From: Macrostomum hystrix
Lineage: Eukaryota > Animalia > Platyhelminthes
DNA length: 64,000 nt
Direction: 5' to 3'
Assembly: GCA_950097015.1 (NCBI GenBank)
Contig: CATNEN010000038.1
Span: forward strand, 4,092,001 to 4,156,000
In this document: one piece after another, positions 58,301 through 64,000 of the stretch
How the letters are laid out: each line of letters starts with the position of its first letter
How positions within the stretch are numbered: the stretch's first letter is position 1
Made by a program: the position numbers and the translations under genes
Notes under the pieces: model-generated
Seen by the model: only the letters and a program-made list of their open reading frames with translations
What the model was told of the DNA's origin: nothing
The model's database searches: none

Positions 58301-58577
58301 GCACTTTCTAGCTATTTTAGAACCTATAGCTATTTTAAAATTGAGCAAACAAACTAATTAACACACAACCACAACACTTAATTGCCACTCACCGCAATAT
58401 TTGCTTCTGACAGACTGAATCAGACTGAAACAACTCAAAGTAGACCTGGCTATCGACAGTAAGGCTCGAATCATCGCTTCCAACATGGCATGGCTGGAGA
58501 ATGACAGCCTCAAGATGGCGCAAGCGAAGGGTAGAAAGAAACTCGCCGAGGGTTAAATAATGTGAGGACATTGCCAT
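55353..58577 (-). CDS. UVRAG: UVRAG (Vps38) homologue, ~575 aa (exons 58577-58393, 57729-56936, 56502-56195, 55793-55353)
   Basis: LRLRHL...YFEL...RSE; central coiled coil; AAAYGLTAQMV..PLRH..GSKSLIRDD; FPLY...FGRAALLLNLNI; exon phases 2, 1, 0 are consistent. Confidence 0.85.
55840..56000 (+). mobile_element. SINE family B copy with CORE-like segment, in a UVRAG intron
   Basis: GGTTGTAGCCTAGCAGT...GGGTTCGATTC; GCAAGACAATTAACTCCGCAATGCTTCAGTTCAACC...TGGGTACCGGCATCAGCTGG. Confidence 0.7.
58025..58185 (+). mobile_element. SINE family B copy, in a UVRAG intron
   Basis: GTAGTTAGAGTGATTAGAGCG...GGAGTTCGATTTCC...AGTCCATGGACTGGACAGCTG. Confidence 0.65.
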
Positions 58578-59949
58578 GTGTATATTCTTTAGTGTTTTAA
58601 TTGTTTCATTTACCTAGATTTCTTTGAACCTTGTGGTCAAGTCTAACAACTTAGACTTGATTGAAAGCATGAACAAAATTACTGTTTTTATGACATAGAG
58701 TCAGAAAGCAGACTGGAATGAGATATGAGATATGGTTTATGAAATGGTTTTGATTCAAACGAATAATAATCAAGGCTTTTTTAGACTCTCTACTTAAGTT
58801 TTTTTTTATGTCATACACTAAGGCACAGATCACACAATTAGTTCCATAGAAAGAAGTAAAAAATAGTCATGAAATTCGTAACATTGGTAACACTCCTTAC
58901 TTAACTGCACGAGCAATAACATTAGTTAAAGAAATTTAGTTAAAAACTTGCCTATTAGTAAATACATATTAGTCATTTGGTCATTAGTCATATCAATATA
59001 TTCTTAATATATGCATTAGTTATATAGTGATAACAAATGCAAAATAGCAGCAAAATAAATAATAACTGAACAATGAAAAAATTCTGTAAACAGACTTCAA
59101 GCAATCACACTACTGCGCGAAGCATTAAGCTTATTAAATGACATTCTAATAAAAACATTTGTAGGATTCTTTCAAACATTATAAATAAAAATAATCCAAA
59201 ATTTTTTTTGACAAAAAACTGAAAACGTGCATTGCATCAAAGAATATGTTTAAAGAAGTCTGTAGACTTCCTTTAAAAATTCTGATCTATAAGAAAATGT
59301 GTCCGTCAAATGTTAATTGTGTTGTCAGCAGTCAGATCGTATGGTTATGTGGCTAAAATTGAAACATTTTTTAATACCAATCAGACGAAAAAACTGACCA
59401 GTTTCTCTTTCAAAAAAGATTAATTCATTCTAATTTTTTTAACAGACAAATGAATCAACATATCGATTGTTCAAGTGTTATATATACGAGATACAAATAA
59501 AATTGTTTTTGTGTAAGTACTACAACTGAGCGACTTCTAAGAAGATAACATGTTTAAAAAAGCGCAAAATTTACCACCAACGAGTGTTATAGCAAAAGTA
59601 GGCCTACTTTAGATTATAGGCCTATATGAATGTATTGATGATTATATTATAAAATAGTCAATCTGCTACTTATTGCTCTGACTTATGTATCAAGCGTGCG
59701 ACAAAAAGATAAACCACAGGACAGTAACAGCTCGTAAAAAAATGGTCCTGACTCTTGTTAAGCGACAATTTTCGGAAACAAAACGTTCTGCGATATTTCT
59801 GTGCCTCTATTTAAAGAATATTTGCTTCCAAATGACAAGTATAAGAAAGAAAATGTAATCAATGAATAGAAATGGCATAGGCCTATATTCCTTTTTTATA
59901 CCAGTGCTGGGGGAAATAAATGTTTGAGTAACTCGTTTATTTATACAAT

Positions 59950-60335
59950 AGGTTGATTAGCTCTTTGTAGTTTTTCTACCGCGCATGTCATGCAAATAAC
60001 AATTTTAGGTCTTACATTAGCAGCCCTGAAAAATGCTGTCCCTTAATAGTGATAGGATAGAGCCTAGGCCGTTGCTTTAGACCTAGATGTTCTCTCTCGA
60101 AAAAAGTTTGGTTTGAAAAGTTGATTAATACACAGCACTTTAGCAATTTAACTACAGGTTTTTAGGCTCTTCACTTGTATCTTATACACACTGTTCTTTA
60201 ACACTCATGGCGTATATATTTTAAATGCATTATCGCCTCTCTGCTTTTCCTGCCTCTCTGTGTGTGGCCTCACTAACTTAACTCTCACTAATTTTCTCTG
60301 GCTTCTCCATTTTGATTTCTCTCACATGTATGATA
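59950..60335 (+). repeat. ~350-380 bp dispersed repeat, copy 1 (copy 2 at ~62958-63300)
   Basis: Colinear blocks GGTT-ATTAGCTCTTTGTAG...GGTCTTACATTAGCAGCCCTG...GGCCTCACTAACT-AACTCTCACTAATTTTCTCTGGCTTCT. Confidence 0.8.
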
Positions 60336-61081
60336 ATGTTGTATAATTTTATAATAAATTGTAAATAAGTAAATGGGTAGGCCTATGACCTAGGTCTTCC
60401 CAATAGAAAATTCTTTGGTAGGCCTAGTGCCTATAATATACCCTAGCTTAGGGCCTATTGTTTTGTATTGAGCAGTATCAAATCTTCAGGTCATATGCCT
60501 AGCTATTGCAATGTAGCCTAGCTCACTTTGTCTTCTTGAAGCCTTTTTAAGATCACAAACAAATATTTTCTTAAAGTCAGTCTAACCACTTATTCAAGAG
60601 AACAAACATTTTGAAAGCCCTGATTAGCAATGTTAAGTCTAGACTAGAATTCAATTTTCAAAGCAAGGACAAGGTTTAGTAATGTTTGCCTACTACTAGG
60701 CATATCTACCTTGTTAGTTTGATGTAGCCTATCTATGTTATTATTATATGTAAGAATTTTCCAACAGTTTTATGGTTTAAAGGCCATATTGAGTGAGTGA
60801 GTGTTTTTGTGTTGCACCAAGGCTAAACTAAATAAGAAGAAAAATATTTGCTAATGTTTTGTTTTTGACATTCTACTAAGCTGCAATTTCAATTTAGCAA
60901 TCCTGGCTTTACTATATTTACAGGCTTTAATTTTATTGAAAAGTTTTAGCAATCTTTTTCAGTGTTTTATTTATCACAAAGAGAACTAGTTCAATTATTC
61001 ATGTTTTATATTTTCATAGTAATGTTTTAAAGGCCCAGTGACTGGTGAACTCTACATTTTCAGCACTCAAGACAAAAAAAG

Positions 61082-61480
61082 ATGAAGCTTCTTCTGCACA
61101 ACATGCTGACCTCAACCATGATCAAAGGGGTTAAGAAAGGCTATCCGCTGCTATTGCGGGCCACCAAAGTGGAACTGCAGCCAGTAGAATTTGATGCTGG
61201 CTTTGTAGTTCGCATGCTGCCCAGGCTGGACTGGACTGGCCTGACCTCGGCTATGCAGTGCTTGAACCAGCCTGGCCTGCTAGCTGACAGCCTGCCAGAC
61301 CTGCCACCGACTGTTCCCGATGATTACGCCAGTAATGAGGAGTTCTTGAAGATGGCTCACACCGCCCTGATGCAACTGGAAGTGATGGAAGGCTGTCTGG
61401 TCTGCCCAGAGACTGGGCGCGAGTTTCCCATTGTGAAAGGCATTCCCAACATGCTGATTAATGATAATGAGGCTGCATGA
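61082..61480 (+). CDS. TRMT112: Multifunctional methyltransferase subunit TRM112
   Basis: MKLLLHNMLTS..IKGVKKGYPL; EEFLK.AH.AL..EV.EG.L.CPETGREFPI.KGIPNML. Confidence 0.97.
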   Translation: MKLLLHNMLTSTMIKGVKKGYPLLLRATKVELQPVEFDAGFVVRMLPRLDWTGLTSAMQCLNQPGLLADSLPDLPPTVPDDYASNEEFLKMAHTALMQLEVMEGCLVCPETGREFPIVKGIPNMLINDNEAA

Positions 61481-61903
61481 AGCCATGAAGTTCCGATGGG
61501 CTTGACCTGATGCTTCTGAAGAGTCTCCATTGAATTAAGATCGCACCTTTTCTTGTTTTTTTTTCCAACTATTGTTACGCCTGAAGTCCAGTTTATTGCT
61601 GATTTAGTGTCATATTTTTATTATTGATTTGCGAAGGCCTATAGCTGTTCTAATTAGCGTTTATTATCAAAATGGATTGCATTTGCATTGCTATTCTGTC
61701 AGCTAAAATTTGTGCTGAATTAAGTTTTCTTTCAAAATAATTTTTTAAGCGTTGTAATTTCTAGACACATTTGCTGGCGCCTCTTGTCATCCGGCTAAAA
61801 TATCAGCAAGTGTGCTCAATAAATATATAAACTTCTCCTTTGACTATATTATGCGGATAAATAATGCAACATTAATTTGTGTTTCTCTGGGCTTTTTAAT
61901 TTA

Positions 61904-62728
61904 CTGGTCTTTTGATGCGCAATCACCTGTTATATAGCTTGCCACTGGATGCATCACCTGTTAGACAGCTGGTCTTTTGATGCGTAATCACCTGTTATAT
62001 AGCTTGCCACTGGATGCATCACCTGTTAGACAGCTGGTCTCTTGATGCGTAATCACCTGTTATATAGCTTGCCACTGGATGCATCACCTGTTAGACAGCT
62101 GGTCTTTTGATGCGTAATCACCTGTTATATAGCTTGCCACTGGATGCATCACCTGTTAGACAGCTGGTCTCTTGATGCGTAATCACCTGTTATATAGCTT
62201 GCCACTGGATGCATCACCTGTTAGACAGCTGGTCTCTTGATGCGTAATCACCTGTTATATAGCTTGCCACTGGATGCATCACCTGTTAGACAGCTGGTCT
62301 CTTGATGCGTAATCACCTGTTATATAGCTTGCCACTGGATGCATCACCTGTTAGACAGCTGGTCTCTTGATGCGTAATCACCTGTTATATAGCTTGCCAC
62401 TGGATGCATCACCTGTTAGACAGCTGGTCTCTTGATGCGTAATCACCTGTTATATAGCTTGCCACTGGATGCATCACCTGTTAGACAGCTGGTCTCTTGA
62501 TGCGTAATCACCTGTTATATAGCTTGCCACTGGATGCATCACCTGTTAGACAGCTGGTCTCTTGATGCGTAATCACCTGTTATATAGCTTGCCACTGGAT
62601 GCATCACCTGTTAGACAGCTGGTCTCTTGATACGTAATTACCTGTTAGACAGCTGGTCTCTTGATACGTAATCACCTGTTATATAGTTCGCCACTGGATG
62701 CGTCACCTGCTAGTAGACAGCTGGTCTC
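61904..62728. repeat. 65-bp tandem repeat (a diverged ~32+33 dimer), about 12 copies
   Basis: CTGGTCTCTTGATGCGTAATCACCTGTTATATAGCTTGCCACTGGATGCATCACCTGTTAGACAG; both halves contain ATCACCTGTTA. Confidence 0.95.
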
Positions 62729-62957
62729 CAGACCCCATTTTCTAGTGTCTACTTGTTTGCCAGTCAGCGCAAATAGTATTTTTGGTGCGACTAGAGTATT
62801 CTTATAAATTTTTGGCTCATTCGTAATGATTATCTGGCTCTAATTTTGTTTTCTTACGGCAGCCACATTAGATGATTATTTGTATCGAGTAAACTCAGGT
62901 TTTTTAGTTTATGATGTTTTAGTGAACCCAATTTTATATCTAAATGTTTAATCATCA

Positions 62958-63300
62958 GGTTAATTAGCTCTTTGTAGAGTTTTTCTGCCGCGTGTGACAT
63001 GCAAATAACATTTTCAGGTCTTACATTAGCAGCCCTGTGGTGATAGGCCGTTTCTCTAGCTGTTCTCTCTCGAAAATGGTTTGGTTTGCAAAGTTTATAA
63101 ATACACAGTGCTACAACAACAGGTTTTTAGGCATTTCACCCGTATCTTGTACGCACTGCTTTTTAACTCTCATAGAGTATATATTTTTAGCTGCATTATC
63201 GCTTCTCTGCTTTTCCTGCCTCTCCGCATTTGGCCTCACTAACTCAACTCTCACTAATTTTCTCTGGCTTCTTCATTCGGATTTCTCGCACATGTATAAA
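62958..63300 (+). repeat. Dispersed repeat, copy 2 (see 59950)
   Basis: Colinear similarity to 59950-60335. Confidence 0.8.
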
Positions 63301-63599
63301 TAAGTTTAGACGATTCGAATCTGCTTAAAGAAGACTGTCTAGAGAGGGAAACACGACTGAAGAGCTGCTTGCCTTCGACTGCGACTTCGAACTCGCTGGT
63401 TCTGCATCGAATTCGGACGAAACTAGGAGCGGAGCTTTTGATGCATAATAAGGAGACTTCTAAGGCGCTTTTTTAAGCGAAAAAAATATTCTATCATACC
63501 GCTATATCATCACATACATGCATGGTGTCATCCAGATCAGTAGCTTCTGTTCGCCTGCGTGTAGGGATCCGCTTGGAGCTGCGGATGTTGCAGTTGCTG

Positions 63600-63960
63600 C
63601 TAGTGTTGCTGACCTCGCAGCTGGCATCGAGCAGCCGATATTTGCAGCAACAACAGTCCGTGATCTCCGACGGTCTCAATGATGCCGTGTTCAACGACCC
63701 GACAGATCTGGCCAGCTCCGGTTGTCACCGAGCTGTGGACGAACATGGCGTTGTTCGCTTCCTCGTGCTCGACGCCGGCTCTACTGGTACTCGAGCGGTG
63801 CTGCATCAGTTTCAAGTTGAGAGGCTGAAATCCTCCGCCGAAACGGTACATGGGCCGTTGCTTCAATATCGACACCTGAATCTCATTCGGTTCATCAGAA
63901 GGCCGGGCCTGTCGGCTTTTCGAAACTTTCCCGAGCGATGCCGCAGTCAAGTGAAGTTGC
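63600..63960 (-). CDS. Possible terminal exon of a gene entering from the right edge
   Basis: GC-rich open frame after a CTAACAG acceptor-like site; no recognisable domain. Confidence 0.25.
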
Positions 63961-64000
63961 TGTTAGCGGAGGCGTCGGCTGCCGTGCCACCCGGTCAGCG

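Overview
Eukaryotic (animal) genomic DNA with GC-rich exons, AT-rich introns and intergenic DNA, GT-AG introns, and a very high density of 14-65 bp minisatellites and tRNA-derived SINEs. The style resembles a free-living flatworm such as Macrostomum, but this is inference only. I assembled gene models by hand from splice sites and reading-frame phase. Left to right: a CCDC17-like gene (-, runs off the left edge); a Gln-rich repeat protein ending in a RHIM-like motif (-); a 2-Cys peroxiredoxin (-); a PDRG1/prefoldin-like gene (-); two tandem paralogues encoding ARM-like repeats plus a STE/MAP3K-type kinase, the second with an extra Neuralized (NHR) exon (+); a membrane-anchored JMJD8-like JmjC-TPR fusion (-); a decayed RTE-type LINE; V-ATPase subunit A (+) with a different repeat in each intron; a bacterial-type ankyrin protein with one intron (+); a divergent type II pantothenate kinase-like gene (+); UVRAG (-); and TRM112 (+). 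The best candidate for an undescribed system is the modular ARM-(NHR)-kinase pair. Its kinase modules are homogenised, including an intron, while the N-terminal putative sensor region is patchily diversified. All family assignments come from motif recognition, not database searches.
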